A DNA stretch of 64,000 nt from Bacteroidia bacterium. GTDB lineage: Bacteria; Bacteroidota; Bacteroidia; Cytophagales; Cyclobacteriaceae. The DNA lies in NCBI GenBank assembly GCA_030430325.1, contig JAUIFR010000001.1:387-64386 (forward strand). The letters run 5' to 3'. The stretch's first letter is position 1. Every line of letters starts with the position of its first letter. The position numbers were made by a program, and so were the translations under genes. This document shows positions 49,279 to 59,417 of this stretch, in pieces. The notes beneath the pieces are model-generated. The model ran no database searches. It was not told where the DNA came from and worked only from the letters and a program-made list of their open reading frames with translations.

Positions 49279-49291
49279 CAAAATTCGTTAA
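49265..49291. repeat. Copy of the dispersed AT-rich palindromic element, overlapping the lspA stop
   Basis: The sequence is ttgatcaaaattagcaaaattcgttaa. Confidence 0.5.
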
Positions 49292-49307
49292 TTATAATTT
49301 TTTATTT

Positions 49308-49333
49308 AAACGTAATTTGCAAAATTCATTGAA
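49308..49333. repeat. Copy of the dispersed AT-rich palindromic element
   Basis: The sequence is aaacgtaatttgcaaaattcattgaa. Confidence 0.6.
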
Positions 49334-49335
49334 TT

Positions 49336-50547
49336 TTAATCTTTGATAATCTCAATCTCAACTCGCACATTTTTCTTAGCCAATGGACCATCCGACTCAT
49401 AGAGCATTCGCTTACCACCCCAACCTTTTACTTCCATTCGACTATTTTCTATACCGTTATGAGTTAAGTAGCGCTTGATCGTTGCGGCTCTGAGTTCTGA
49501 AAGTTCGGTAGCACTTCCCACAGTTACTCTATTATTATTGGTTACCTTAAAAAAGTTCGAGTCATCATCCTTAAGTTTGATAATTCTTCCAAATGAATTT
49601 CCATTTGTATGTCCGTGAATACGCACCTTTAGGCTATCGTTTTCCTTCAACATCTCCAGCAAACTATTGAGTTCATACATTGACTTTGACATCATTACGG
49701 ATGCATCGTCGAAGAAAAATACATTATACATTACCAGTACGTCCCCTGCTTTATGCCTCCACAACTCAAAATCAACAAAGACAGTGTCATTTTTCATCTT
49801 CACGTAACTCTGATTAGTCTCATTAACAGGGTTGCTTACATTAAATGTGTGCTCAACTTTACGATACCCAAATACTTCACAAATTAGCTGCACATTTCCC
49901 GATGAATTATCTGGTGTTGGTATTTCTACTACTTTATGTGATTTGACGCGGGTTAATAGTTTTGCTTTTTCAGAATCAACTACGCGAATATGCGCCGGTA
50001 TTTCTTTAAACTTTTTAGCAGCAACAACATTAAAATATACCCACAGTTTATCACCTGAAGTAATTGACTCTTCAATTGGCTCTGGGTCTTCTACTGGTTC
50101 AGGAATATCAGCAACATATTCAGTTTCTTGATCTGCCTTGGCAGTCAGCTCTGGGTCTGTCGCTTCAACCTTATTGAGTGTGAACATCCAGGCTTCGGAA
50201 AACTCAGTATTGTTTCTGTAATAATTTCGTTTGCTCCGAGTGTCTTCGATATCGGTCGAAGTGTATGTAAAAACATAAAACATGCTTTTTCGGGGATTAT
50301 AGGTGTAGCTCGCCTTATAACCTTGATCATCTACATATCCAGCAAACCTACGGGCATTGTCTTCCATCATAAATGAACCAATCACCACATAGTATAGCGT
50401 TGGGTTTAATTCTTCCAAATTACTTACACCAGAAAGTTCCGAGCTTGATTTTATACTATTTATTTTACTAAACACCTCTGTATTGAGCAATAAAATGGAA
50501 ATCATTACGAAAATTACCACCCAAAAAATTTGCTTTATTCCACTCAT
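49336..50547 (-). CDS. SPOR-like plus OmpA-like domain protein
   Basis: It has an N-terminal TM/signal sequence, a SPOR-like segment (YYVVIGSF..ARRF) and a C-terminal OmpA-like segment (HGHTNG..LSELRAATIKRYL). Confidence 0.65.
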   Translation of the reverse strand: MSGIKQIFWVVIFVMISILLLNTEVFSKINSIKSSSELSGVSNLEELNPTLYYVVIGSFMMEDNARRFAGYVDDQGYKASYTYNPRKSMFYVFTYTSTDIEDTRSKRNYYRNNTEFSEAWMFTLNKVEATDPELTAKADQETEYVADIPEPVEDPEPIEESITSGDKLWVYFNVVAAKKFKEIPAHIRVVDSEKAKLLTRVKSHKVVEIPTPDNSSGNVQLICEVFGYRKVEHTFNVSNPVNETNQSYVKMKNDTVFVDFELWRHKAGDVLVMYNVFFFDDASVMMSKSMYELNSLLEMLKENDSLKVRIHGHTNGNSFGRIIKLKDDDSNFFKVTNNNRVTVGSATELSELRAATIKRYLTHNGIENSRMEVKGWGGKRMLYESDGPLAKKNVRVEIEIIKD

Positions 50548-50867
50548 ATTAAAACAGTTTATTCAACCCTTGATTTATTAATATACTGCTAAGCATACTG
50601 TATCACTGCATTCTATAGAAGAATTAAAATCAAAATTTTGCCATATGGCATACTAATTAAAAGTTTAATGATACTTTTTTAGATCCTCTATAAAGTAGAA
50701 TGCTTAATCAAGATAACGATCCGTTGGTTAAATGAAAAAATGATAGAATGAGCGCGTGTAATTATTTTCGGTAATTCTAAATTTATTATCTGTGAAGCTG
50801 TAAATAACTAAATAATTTAGTACGTAGAGTTATTTCTGATGTATACTTTCGGACAAACAGCAACAAC

Positions 50868-51446
50868 CTAGACGATCGAATTTAAAAACTTAGTCACAAG
50901 TTTCTCTGCCTGCTGAAGTGTCTCCTCCAATGTTTCATTGATTAACGTAACATCAAACTGACTTTCAAAATTCATTTCAAACTGAGCTTTAAATAGACGC
51001 TGAGAAATACTGGCCATGGAGTCTGTTTTTCGATCAAATAACCTCTTCTCAAGCTCCTGTAAAGAAGGTACTTTTACAAAAATGGCCAAGGCGCGCGCTC
51101 CAAAGTATTTTTTTAAATTAATGCCACCTTTTACATCCACATCGAAGATAACATGCCTGCCGTTTGCCCATATTTTATCAATTTCAGACTTCAATGTCCC
51201 ATAAAAATTGCCTTCATATACCTCTTGCCACTCAATAAACTCTTCGTTATCAATTTTCTCTTTAAATTGAGCCGGGCTCAAAAAATAATAATCTTTGCCG
51301 TTTATTTCCTTTCGCCCACGTCTATCTCTTGTACATGCCGAGATAGAAAATTCAAGTGCGGGAATTTGTTTAGCTAAATACTTGACAATAGTGGTTTTAC
51401 CAGACCCCGATGGTGCTGAAAAAATAATTGCTTTACCTTGATTCAT
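50868..51446 (-). CDS. gmk: Guanylate kinase
   Basis: It has the P-loop SAPSGSGKTT and typical length. Confidence 0.9.
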   Translation of the reverse strand: MNQGKAIIFSAPSGSGKTTIVKYLAKQIPALEFSISACTRDRRGRKEINGKDYYFLSPAQFKEKIDNEEFIEWQEVYEGNFYGTLKSEIDKIWANGRHVIFDVDVKGGINLKKYFGARALAIFVKVPSLQELEKRLFDRKTDSMASISQRLFKAQFEMNFESQFDVTLINETLEETLQQAEKLVTKFLNSIV

Positions 51447-51709
51447 TGGGCGGTCTCCCTAATTTTGTGTCGAATTGCTTGAATTACATGTTCAGGTAAA
51501 CGATTATTCGCCATACTTGTTTTGAGTTGGTGTCTCAACGCAATTTCTGTTTGATAATTCTGCAGGCATTTGGGGCAGCTATTTAGTGCCACTTGTATCA
51601 ATTTGTTTTGATCTTCAGTAGCCTCATTGTCTAACATTAACTCGATAAGCCTTTCACTACCAGGCGGTTCATTACACAAGCATTTTTTATGAATTTTGTC
51701 CTTTTCCAT
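51443..51709 (-). CDS. Cytoplasmic zinc-finger anti-sigma factor (ZAS-like)
   Basis: It has the motifs HKKCLC and CPKC, has no TM segment, and overlaps gmk by 4 nt downstream of the ECF sigma gene. Confidence 0.6.
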   Translation of the reverse strand: MEKDKIHKKCLCNEPPGSERLIELMLDNEATEDQNKLIQVALNSCPKCLQNYQTEIALRHQLKTSMANNRLPEHVIQAIRHKIRETAQ

Positions 51710-51742
51710 ATATTATTTGGTCCATTTTATATCTAACAATCA

Positions 51743-52306
51743 CTAATCATAGCCTAAGGATTTAGCATACTCTTTGAGCTTTTCTTTAAGTAAATGTCTT
51801 GCTCGGTGCAGTCGTGACCGCACTGTTCCTATCGGAATCTCTAAAATTTTGGCAATCTCTTCATAAGAAAACCCCTCCACATCACATAGCATGATCACCA
51901 TCTTGTAATCAAAACCCAATGAGTTCAACGCTATTGACACCTCATCACCCACTAACTTATTGATGATTTCAGCACTTAAATTTCCTGTCAGTTGAGCGGC
52001 ATCACCAGCATTATAATAATTTTCTATGTCAGAATAATCAACCCGCTTGGGCTGCTTACTTTTTTTACGGTAAACATTTATAAAATTATTCTTTAATATA
52101 CGAAACAACCAAGCGCGTGCATTAGTTCCATCTTCATAAGAATTTATAAATCGATATGCCTTAAGATAAGTATCTTGTAATAAATCCTTAGCGTCATCTT
52201 CATTTAAAGTTAAGTGGAAAGCAAAGTTATATAATGTTTGGATATGTGGTAAAAAGGCTTGATCAAAAATGGCTGCTTTTTCGCTTTCTGAGTATTTTTT
52301 TTTCAT
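51743..52306 (-). CDS. ECF-type RNA polymerase sigma-70 factor
   Basis: It has region 2 (DLLQDTYLKAYR) and region 4 (SYEEIAKILEIPIGTVRSRLHRAR). Confidence 0.9.
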   Translation of the reverse strand: MKKKYSESEKAAIFDQAFLPHIQTLYNFAFHLTLNEDDAKDLLQDTYLKAYRFINSYEDGTNARAWLFRILKNNFINVYRKKSKQPKRVDYSDIENYYNAGDAAQLTGNLSAEIINKLVGDEVSIALNSLGFDYKMVIMLCDVEGFSYEEIAKILEIPIGTVRSRLHRARHLLKEKLKEYAKSLGYD

Positions 52307-52404
52307 TTGTTCATTTATCCCATGAAACTTTGATGATTTGGAGCGCTAACCCTTCCTTCTGACATCAAATTTAAGAATTATTACATTATGAAACGAAAAA
52401 TAAA

Positions 52405-52427
52405 TGAATTTTGCAAATTTCATTCAA
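52405..52427. repeat. Copy of the dispersed AT-rich palindromic element
   Basis: The sequence tgaattttgcaaatttcattcaa lies 4 nt downstream of the stop of 52431-53648. Confidence 0.7.
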
Positions 52428-52430
52428 AAA

Positions 52431-53648
52431 TTACTCATCCTGATCAACATATGACTGCAAATAACTAAATGTTTGAGTTAATTGACCGTCTTTAGTAATG
52501 GTAGCATCCTTCAAAATTCGTTCTTTATCTATATTTTCTATTTTTGGAAAAACATGGTTCATCAGTTCTTTTCCAAAATCAACAGAGGCGTCTCTTGGTA
52601 GTTCGCATGGTAAATTATCAACAGCCATCACGCTTATATACTCTGAGGACAATGGATGAGTAACAACATCTTTAGCCGGATCATAGTCATAAATGGGGTC
52701 TTCGATCGTGCTTGGTTGCTTGGTTGATGGTATTGACCCTTCTATATCACAGGTAATATCAGCTATTACATTTATTTTAAATTGCTGCTCCAGCATATCT
52801 TCCCGTGTAAATAAAACCGGAGCCTTAGGGTCCCAATAAGCTGAAGCGATTAATATATCAGACACTTTCGTGAATTTTTTGAAATCAGAAGCATAGCCGC
52901 TTGGGTCATCATAAAATTCTTTTAAAACAAATGGACTTCCATCCCTCTTTAAGTGATAGTCCTTGCTGTTGAGCTGCACAAATACAGGGTAGTCAAACTG
53001 ATCATGCAAATATTCGTTTATGCTAACTTGCTTTATGCCCATGCCATTAAGCACCTCCATGGCACCTTTTGCAACTCTTCCGCCACCTGTAATTACAATT
53101 TTAATCGGAGGAAGCTCCACTTTAGCGTATTCTGTTTTCATATCACTAAGGTCAAAGCAGTCCTTGGCACGCCTTAATTCAAACAATTTATGCTTGCGCC
53201 CATAAGTTAATATGCCATTATATGCTCCTACGATACCGGCATATCTTCCAAAGGCCACCACTCGCTTTTTATTTTCATTTACCAGGCACTCATAATCTAG
53301 CAAGCGAATATTTTTTTCTAAAATAGCCTTTAATAATCCTCGGTTATACGCTTGCATTTTTATGGTATGCGAAAAAAAGAAATACGTTTTACCTGCAATC
53401 AGTTCATCTATTGGGACTTCTTTCACACCCATTAAGACGTCACATTGATCCATATTTTCACTTACTTGGATGCCTAGATTGCTATATTCTTCGTCTTTAT
53501 AACACCTGACCAAGCTTGGTTGAGCAATCACCTCTAGCTGTGGCAGCTGCTCCTGTAATGATTTTGCTTGCTCTGGTGATAATACCACTCGCCTATCAAT
53601 GGGTGTTTTGCCCTCTCTAATTAATCCAATCTTTACACGTTTACCCAT
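52431..53648 (-). CDS. AlaDH/PNT-family protein resembling the lysine-ketoglutarate reductase (saccharopine dehydrogenase, L-lysine-forming) domain
   Basis: YFFFSHTIKMQAYNRGLLKAILEKNIRLLDYE and RVVAFGRYAGIVGAYN parallel the LKR domain of AASS as I recall it. Confidence 0.6.
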   Translation of the reverse strand: MGKRVKIGLIREGKTPIDRRVVLSPEQAKSLQEQLPQLEVIAQPSLVRCYKDEEYSNLGIQVSENMDQCDVLMGVKEVPIDELIAGKTYFFFSHTIKMQAYNRGLLKAILEKNIRLLDYECLVNENKKRVVAFGRYAGIVGAYNGILTYGRKHKLFELRRAKDCFDLSDMKTEYAKVELPPIKIVITGGGRVAKGAMEVLNGMGIKQVSINEYLHDQFDYPVFVQLNSKDYHLKRDGSPFVLKEFYDDPSGYASDFKKFTKVSDILIASAYWDPKAPVLFTREDMLEQQFKINVIADITCDIEGSIPSTKQPSTIEDPIYDYDPAKDVVTHPLSSEYISVMAVDNLPCELPRDASVDFGKELMNHVFPKIENIDKERILKDATITKDGQLTQTFSYLQSYVDQDE

Positions 53649-53770
53649 AATACCGTTAATTTTTAGTGAAAATTTTGAATGACAAAAATAATAGGAAAAA
53701 TAATATTCTAGGGTCCATTACTAAAAATTTATCATAAACCTGTAGATTTGTATTCCATAATTAGTTTAAC

Positions 53771-54436
53771 ATGGTTAAAGAGATCTGGCTATTATTGCTT
53801 AAAGAGTGGAAAGAAGAATGGAATAAACGATATGCAATGAATGGTATACTATTATATACTGGTTCGGTATCTTTTATTTGTTATTTGAGCTTTCAGCTAC
53901 GCAGTGGTGCCTTACAGCCCGTTACATGGAATGTATTATTTTGGATTATTGTATTGTTTAGTATTTTAAATGCCGCGCATAAATCCTTTATTGGCCAAAC
54001 GGATGGTCACCAATTATATTTACATACGCTTGTTTCTGCAGAGAGCATCATCCTTTCTAAAATGATTTATAATGGGCTTTTATCAATTATTATTGCACTA
54101 GTTACTTTTCTGAGTTATGCACTGGTAATGGGAAGTGATGTAAAAAACATGAGTTTGTATTTTTTTGGAGTAATTTTAGGTAGCCTCAGCATGGGTAGTG
54201 CACTTACATTAGTAAGTAGTATTGCAGCACGGGCCCAAAACGCACATGTTTTAATGAGCATTTTAGGCTTTCCGATATTGCTGCCCATTTTACTTTTGGT
54301 CATAAAAATATCAAAATTTGGGCTAGATGGACTGGCATGGGAATTTGGAAGCCCGTATATTTGGATGTTATTAGCTGTTACGATGATTATAAACACAACT
54401 GCAGTAGTATTATTTCCGTATATTTGGAAGAGCTAA
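53771..54436 (+). CDS. ccmB: Heme exporter permease, CcmB family
   Basis: It has six TM segments and sits directly upstream of ccmC. Confidence 0.7.
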   Translation: MVKEIWLLLLKEWKEEWNKRYAMNGILLYTGSVSFICYLSFQLRSGALQPVTWNVLFWIIVLFSILNAAHKSFIGQTDGHQLYLHTLVSAESIILSKMIYNGLLSIIIALVTFLSYALVMGSDVKNMSLYFFGVILGSLSMGSALTLVSSIAARAQNAHVLMSILGFPILLPILLLVIKISKFGLDGLAWEFGSPYIWMLLAVTMIINTTAVVLFPYIWKS

Positions 54437-54437
54437 C

Positions 54438-55106
54438 ATGAAAAAAATTAAAGGCAAAGGTTGGAAGTTGCTTTGCATCATTCTGCTAATTTATACCATA
54501 TTGGGGGGCTTATTATTCGATGTACCTCGCTTGCCCATATTAAATGAAACGATACGCGCACTCCATTTTCATGTAACGATGTGGTTTGGCATGATCATAT
54601 TATTGGGAGCATCCATGTATCACTCTGTTAGATACCTGCGTTCAGGAGCGCTTAAGTATGATATGCATGCGAGCGCATTGGCTCAAAGCGGCCTATTATT
54701 TGGCATTTTAGGTGTAGTGACGGGTATGTTTTGGGCTAAATATACTTGGGGGGAGCCCTGGAGTAGTGACCCAAAGCAAAATGCAGCGGCTGTGGGCATC
54801 ATAATGTATTTGGCTTATTTTATATTGCGCAGCGCTTTAGAAGACCCTCAGCAAAAAGCCAGAATTGGCGCAGCATACAATATTTTCGCTTATTTTTGTT
54901 TGATCCCGCTTTTGTTTGTATTGCCGCGTTTAACAGACTCATTACACCCTGGGAATGGGGGCAATCCTGGATTTAATGCCTATGACCTTGATGGTAATTT
55001 AAGAGTTGTATTTTACCCAGCCATCATTGGTTGGACGCTTTTGGGGTATTGGATAGCGACTATATCATCAAGAATACGTAAATTGGCGGTCCCAAATGAT
55101 CATTGA
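54438..55106 (+). CDS. ccmC: Cytochrome c biogenesis heme-handling protein CcmC
   Basis: It has the Trp-rich motif WAKYTWGEPWSSDPKQ and conserved His residues. Confidence 0.8.
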   Translation: MKKIKGKGWKLLCIILLIYTILGGLLFDVPRLPILNETIRALHFHVTMWFGMIILLGASMYHSVRYLRSGALKYDMHASALAQSGLLFGILGVVTGMFWAKYTWGEPWSSDPKQNAAAVGIIMYLAYFILRSALEDPQQKARIGAAYNIFAYFCLIPLLFVLPRLTDSLHPGNGGNPGFNAYDLDGNLRVVFYPAIIGWTLLGYWIATISSRIRKLAVPNDH

Positions 55107-55384
55107 TAAATAAAATTATGAAGAATATTCTGCTGATATTGGTTTTATTAATTGTTGTGTCTGTATATGCAGATAAAAAGCCAATTACGGAGCGTGACTA
55201 TACCAATACCAATATTGAAATGGCCGATCAGCTGAGGGCTGAGGGCAAAATTTATGTGTTAGTAGCTATCATTTTAGTGATTTTTGTTGGTGTAATTGGT
55301 TATTTAGTTTTTCTAGACAAAAAATTGACAAAAGTAGAGCAATCTAGGCAGCAGCAACTAGAATTTGATAAACAATTAAAATAA
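55103..55384 (+). CDS. CcmD-like small membrane protein (Bacteroidota alternative type)
   Basis: It has the pattern RAEGKIYVLVAIILVIFVGVIGYLVFLDKKL and overlaps ccmC by 4 nt. Confidence 0.6.
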   Translation: MINKIMKNILLILVLLIVVSVYADKKPITERDYTNTNIEMADQLRAEGKIYVLVAIILVIFVGVIGYLVFLDKKLTKVEQSRQQQLEFDKQLK

Positions 55385-55404
55385 AACACCTAATTTGTAA
55401 AATT

Positions 55405-56253
55405 ATGGCCTTAAATAAAGTAATTGTTGGAGATATAGAGTGTGGTAACGATCAACTTTTTCTGATATCAGGACCATGCGTAATTGAAGACGAAAAAACC
55501 ATGATGGATACTGCAGAAAGGCTTGCTCAAGTGCGCGATAAGCTCAAAATTCCCATCATTTATAAGTCTTCATTTCAAAAAGATAATCGAAGTGATAGCG
55601 ATTACTACATGGGGCCTGGCTTGGAAAAAGGGCTTGATTTATTAGCCAAAATTAAGTCCCAGTTCAACTTTCCGATTGTATCTGATGTGCATTACCCAGA
55701 CCAAGTTATACCAGCTAGTGAAGTACTTGACGTGATTCAAATTCCAGCCTATTTGTGTATGCAAACCACATTAGTTGTAGAAGCTGCCCGTACGGGCAAA
55801 GTTGTGAATTTAAAGCATGGACAGTTTCTAGCTCCCGAAAATATGGCCAAACCCATTAAAAAGATCGAAAAGCAAGAAAATAAAAATATTATACTAACAG
55901 AAAGGGGCTATACTTTTGGGTATAATGATTTGGTGGTAGACCCTAGGAGTTTCCATCATTTTCAGGAAATGAATTACCCTGTCGTATTTGATATCACACA
56001 CTCGATCAGGAAGTATGGCATCCCAAGTGCTGACCCAAAGGGTGGTGCTCGTGAGTTTCTGCCCATTTTAGCAAGAGCTGGCGTTGCTGCTGGAGTAGAT
56101 GGTGTATTTATCGAGACACATCCTGAGCCCGCCAGGGCATTATGTGATGCAGCCAGCCAACTTTGTGTATATGATTTGGAAGAATTTTTAAAACCATTGA
56201 TAGAATTTCATAACTTAGCAACGAAATACCGAAATAGACCAGTAATCGCTTAA
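55405..56253 (+). CDS. kdsA: 3-deoxy-8-phosphooctulonate (KDO-8-P) synthase
   Basis: The 282-aa protein has the motifs FKSSFQKDNRS, QIPAYLCMQT and DITHS. Confidence 0.9.
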   Translation: MALNKVIVGDIECGNDQLFLISGPCVIEDEKTMMDTAERLAQVRDKLKIPIIYKSSFQKDNRSDSDYYMGPGLEKGLDLLAKIKSQFNFPIVSDVHYPDQVIPASEVLDVIQIPAYLCMQTTLVVEAARTGKVVNLKHGQFLAPENMAKPIKKIEKQENKNIILTERGYTFGYNDLVVDPRSFHHFQEMNYPVVFDITHSIRKYGIPSADPKGGAREFLPILARAGVAAGVDGVFIETHPEPARALCDAASQLCVYDLEEFLKPLIEFHNLATKYRNRPVIA

Positions 56254-56272
56254 ACAAGAAAAAGACAAAGAC

Positions 56273-57280
56273 ATGGAACTATATTTAGATTCAGCAGATA
56301 TTAATGAAATCAAAGAGGCCTTCAATCTAGGGTATATCGCAGGGCTCACTACCACACCGACATTTATGCATCGGCATGGTATTACAGATATCGACAGTAC
56401 ATTGTTAGAGCTCGCCAAAATTGTGCCTGTACTTCAAGTAGAAGCGCTAGGTAATACCGCAGCTGAAATTCTTTCAGAAGTAGAGCGCCAGACCGAAATG
56501 GGATTAGATAAATCAAAAACGGTTTATAAAATCCCCATTTCACTAGAAGGAACTAAAGCCTGTAAAATGTTGGTAGACAAAGGGTATATGGTTAATATTC
56601 ATTTGGTTTACACTTTACAGCAAGCTTATATGGCCATGTCAGCAGGAGCTACTTATGTTTGCCCTTTAGTAGGGAGGCTTCAAGATCAAGGGCACGATGC
56701 GCTTGGCCTGGTAGAAGAATGTGTTGATGCCGTAAATTATTATGATTATAATACTAAAATTATGTTCTCATCTGTTCGTTATGTGGAACATATAAAAAAT
56801 GCCATAAATATTGGTGTACACACATGTACGATCCCATGGAAAGTAATGAAACAGCTTACAGATAACCACTTTACAAAAATTGGTACGGAGCAGTTCGAAG
56901 AGCACACCAAGCTTATGACGACAAAAGTACGTGATGTCATTGGTAAACAAAATCCAATCATAGGCACTGATAAAACTATACTGGATGCACTTGTAAAAAT
57001 GACTGAGGCGGGATTCGGAGCAGTAACAATAGTGGATCAAGCTGAAAACGTAAAGGGTATATTTACAGATGGGGATTTAAGAAGGGCATTAGAGTCAGAG
57101 GGCCAAGCTGTATTGCAAAAAAGCCTAGGTACTTTAGCGCTAAATATGCCTGCCAGCATCACCAGTGACGCCTTGCTATACGAAGCATCGAATGTATTTA
57201 AAGAAAGAAAGGTGGATACACTCGTAGTGATGGATAATGGAAAAGCAAAAGGCATGCTAGACGTTCAAGACCTTGTCTAG
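56273..57280 (+). CDS. Fusion of a transaldolase/fructose-6-phosphate-aldolase (TalC/FSA) TIM barrel with a KdsD/KpsF-type CBS pair
   Basis: The N-terminus MELYLDSADINEIKEA..GLTTTP..VYKIPIS includes the Schiff-base Lys context. The C-terminus GIFTDGDLRR plus a second CBS motif matches the C-terminal half of KdsD. No SIS domain is present. Confidence 0.75.
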   Translation: MELYLDSADINEIKEAFNLGYIAGLTTTPTFMHRHGITDIDSTLLELAKIVPVLQVEALGNTAAEILSEVERQTEMGLDKSKTVYKIPISLEGTKACKMLVDKGYMVNIHLVYTLQQAYMAMSAGATYVCPLVGRLQDQGHDALGLVEECVDAVNYYDYNTKIMFSSVRYVEHIKNAINIGVHTCTIPWKVMKQLTDNHFTKIGTEQFEEHTKLMTTKVRDVIGKQNPIIGTDKTILDALVKMTEAGFGAVTIVDQAENVKGIFTDGDLRRALESEGQAVLQKSLGTLALNMPASITSDALLYEASNVFKERKVDTLVVMDNGKAKGMLDVQDLV

Positions 57281-57311
57281 ATAAAAATATTCATTTGTAC
57301 TGTTTTTTTTA

Positions 57312-57342
57312 GACCGTCCTAAATTTTTTGGGGCGGTTTTTT
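57312..57342 (+). terminator. Intrinsic terminator
   Basis: The sequence is gaccgtcc..ggggcggt followed by tttttt. Confidence 0.5.
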
Positions 57343-57421
57343 ATTATATGATTTTGCTCTACTTGGAATAGACCATTTTACATAAACTTTTTATCAAAAC
57401 TCGGTTTTAGCCTTCATTTTT

Positions 57422-57447
57422 AAACAAATTTTGCAAATTTCATTGAA
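57422..57447. repeat. Copy of the dispersed AT-rich palindromic element
   Basis: The sequence aaacaaattttgcaaatttcattgaa shares an exact 18-mer, aattttgcaaatttcatt, with the 52405 copy. Confidence 0.7.
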
Positions 57448-57462
57448 TATTTTCCAAAAACA

Positions 57463-57810
57463 CTAACTATTCATCAAATTTAATAGCATAATCACCATGA
57501 GCGGCATGGTAATTGCTGATACCCAAAAGAGCTTCGTTACCTTCTCATGAGCACGAATGAGTTTTTTAAGATCTGGGTCTTTGGTATTCATCGTGATCGG
57601 GAGTGGAGTACGTATGTATTGTCTATTTGCTGACCTACTCCAGGTACATGTTAATGCACGATGTTGTCTGTTGGAAGGGCGCTTCTTACGTACTTCATCC
57701 GTATAGACATGATACTTTATATTGGCGATTATCAGCAGTACAAATAGGTATATAAAAGTACCAAATATGAGTATGCCAAAAAATATGTTAATTGTTTGAT
57801 CTGTCATCAT
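57463..57810 (-). CDS. Hypothetical membrane protein
   Basis: The 115-aa ORF has terminal hydrophobic helices. Confidence 0.4.
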   Translation of the reverse strand: MMTDQTINIFFGILIFGTFIYLFVLLIIANIKYHVYTDEVRKKRPSNRQHRALTCTWSRSANRQYIRTPLPITMNTKDPDLKKLIRAHEKVTKLFWVSAITMPLMVIMLLNLMNS

Positions 57811-57941
57811 GGCAATAAAATTTAAAAATTAAGCTTCTATTAAATTAATGTACATTTTACTTGCCGGTGTTAAAGTAATATGTATTTTTTATTGAATAAG
57901 TAAACTACAATTTTGTAACTTCACGTTTGATCAATAATTGA

Positions 57942-59363
57942 ATGAGTTTTATGAAATTTAGGTTAGAACATGATACGATGGGCGAAGTAAAAGTGCCCCA
58001 TAATAAATATTGGGGTGCACAAACCGAACGCTCCCGTCAAAACTTTAAAATTGGGTCAGATCAAATGCCCATAGAGGTCATCCATGCTTTTGCAATACTT
58101 AAAAAAGCTGCCGCATTGGTAAATGCTAATGCGGGTGTATTAGCTGGTGAAAAGGCAGAGGTCATCGCACAGGTATGTGACGAGATTTGTGCCAGCAAGT
58201 TGGATGATCAGTTTCCCTTAGTGGTTTGGCAAACTGGCTCAGGCACACAGTCTAATATGAACGTAAATGAAGTAATAGCCAATAGAGCACATGTTATATT
58301 AGGTGGCGCACTTACTGACACCACCAAAAAACTTCACCCCAATGACGATGTGAACAAATCACAATCGTCTAACGATACCTTCCCGACCGCCATGCACATT
58401 GCGGCGTATAAAAAAATTGTGGAGGATACCATCCCCAAGATTAAAGCGTTACGAGACACTTTACATGCTAAAGCACTTAAGTTCAAAGATATAGTAAAAA
58501 TTGGCCGTACACATTTTATGGATGCTACACCACTTACACTGGGCCATGAGTTTTCAGGGTACGTATCTCAATTGGATCATGGCTTAGCAGCACTTAGAAA
58601 TACACTATCTCATTTATCTGAATTAGCTTTGGGTGGTACAGCAGTAGGTACCGGCCTAAATGCGCCAGCTGGCTATGCAGAGGCAGTTGCTCAGAAAATC
58701 GCTGACCTAACAAAACTACCATTTATCACGGCGCCAAATAAATTTGAAGCACTTGCCGCACACGATGCTATCGTTGAAACTTCTGGTGCCTTAAAACAAC
58801 TGGCCGTAAGCCTTATGAAGATTGGAAATGACATCAGAATGCTGGCTTCAGGCCCTAGATGTGGTATTGGTGAAATTCTAATTCCTGCTAATGAGCCTGG
58901 GTCGTCGATCATGCCAGGCAAGGTAAACCCAACTCAATGTGAGGCTTTGACTATGGTATGCGCACAGGTAATAGGGCAGGATATGGCAGTAAGTGTTGGA
59001 GGCATGAACGGACACTTTGAGCTAAATGTGTTTAAACCCATGATGATATTTAACCTACTTAAATCAGCAACTATACTAGGTGATGCCTGTGCATCATTTA
59101 ATATTAATTGTGCTGTTGGAATTGAGGCAAATCACGCCATGATTAAAAATAATTTGAATCAGTCGCTAATGCTGGTAACGGCCTTGAATCCACACATTGG
59201 CTACGAAAACGCAGCTAAAATTGCAAAAAAAGCTTATGAAGAGGGAACCACACTAAGAGAGGCTGCCACTTCACTCAAACTACTTACCAATGAGGACTTT
59301 GACAAATGGGTTGTACCCGAAAAAATGATTGGTAACATTAAAATGGACGAAGCGGAAATTTGA
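57942..59363 (+). CDS. fumC: Class II fumarate hydratase
   Basis: It has the motifs [15 protein letters not shown] and [11 protein letters not shown]. Confidence 0.9.
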   Translation: MSFMKFRLEHDTMGEVKVPHNKYWGAQTERSRQNFKIGSDQMPIEVIHAFAILKKAAALVNANAGVLAGEKAEVIAQVCDEICASKLDDQFPLVVWQTGSGTQSNMNVNEVIANRAHVILGGALTDTTKKLHPNDDVNKSQSSNDTFPTAMHIAAYKKIVEDTIPKIKALRDTLHAKALKFKDIVKIGRTHFMDATPLTLGHEFSGYVSQLDHGLAALRNTLSHLSELALGGTAVGTGLNAPAGYAEAVAQKIADLTKLPFITAPNKFEALAAHDAIVETSGALKQLAVSLMKIGNDIRMLASGPRCGIGEILIPANEPGSSIMPGKVNPTQCEALTMVCAQVIGQDMAVSVGGMNGHFELNVFKPMMIFNLLKSATILGDACASFNINCAVGIEANHAMIKNNLNQSLMLVTALNPHIGYENAAKIAKKAYEEGTTLREAATSLKLLTNEDFDKWVVPEKMIGNIKMDEAEI

Positions 59364-59417
59364 CATCTATAAATATTTTGCTACTTTAGCATAACAAACG
59401 TACTTTAATAAGAAAAT

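Noticed and set aside
52307-52430. The palindromic element at 52405 considered as the promoter of the ECF sigma gene
   Set aside because: The same element mostly sits downstream of genes with nothing to drive. It also lacks a clear TAnnTTTG -7 box at the proper spacing. A terminator or REP-like role fits the overall distribution better.
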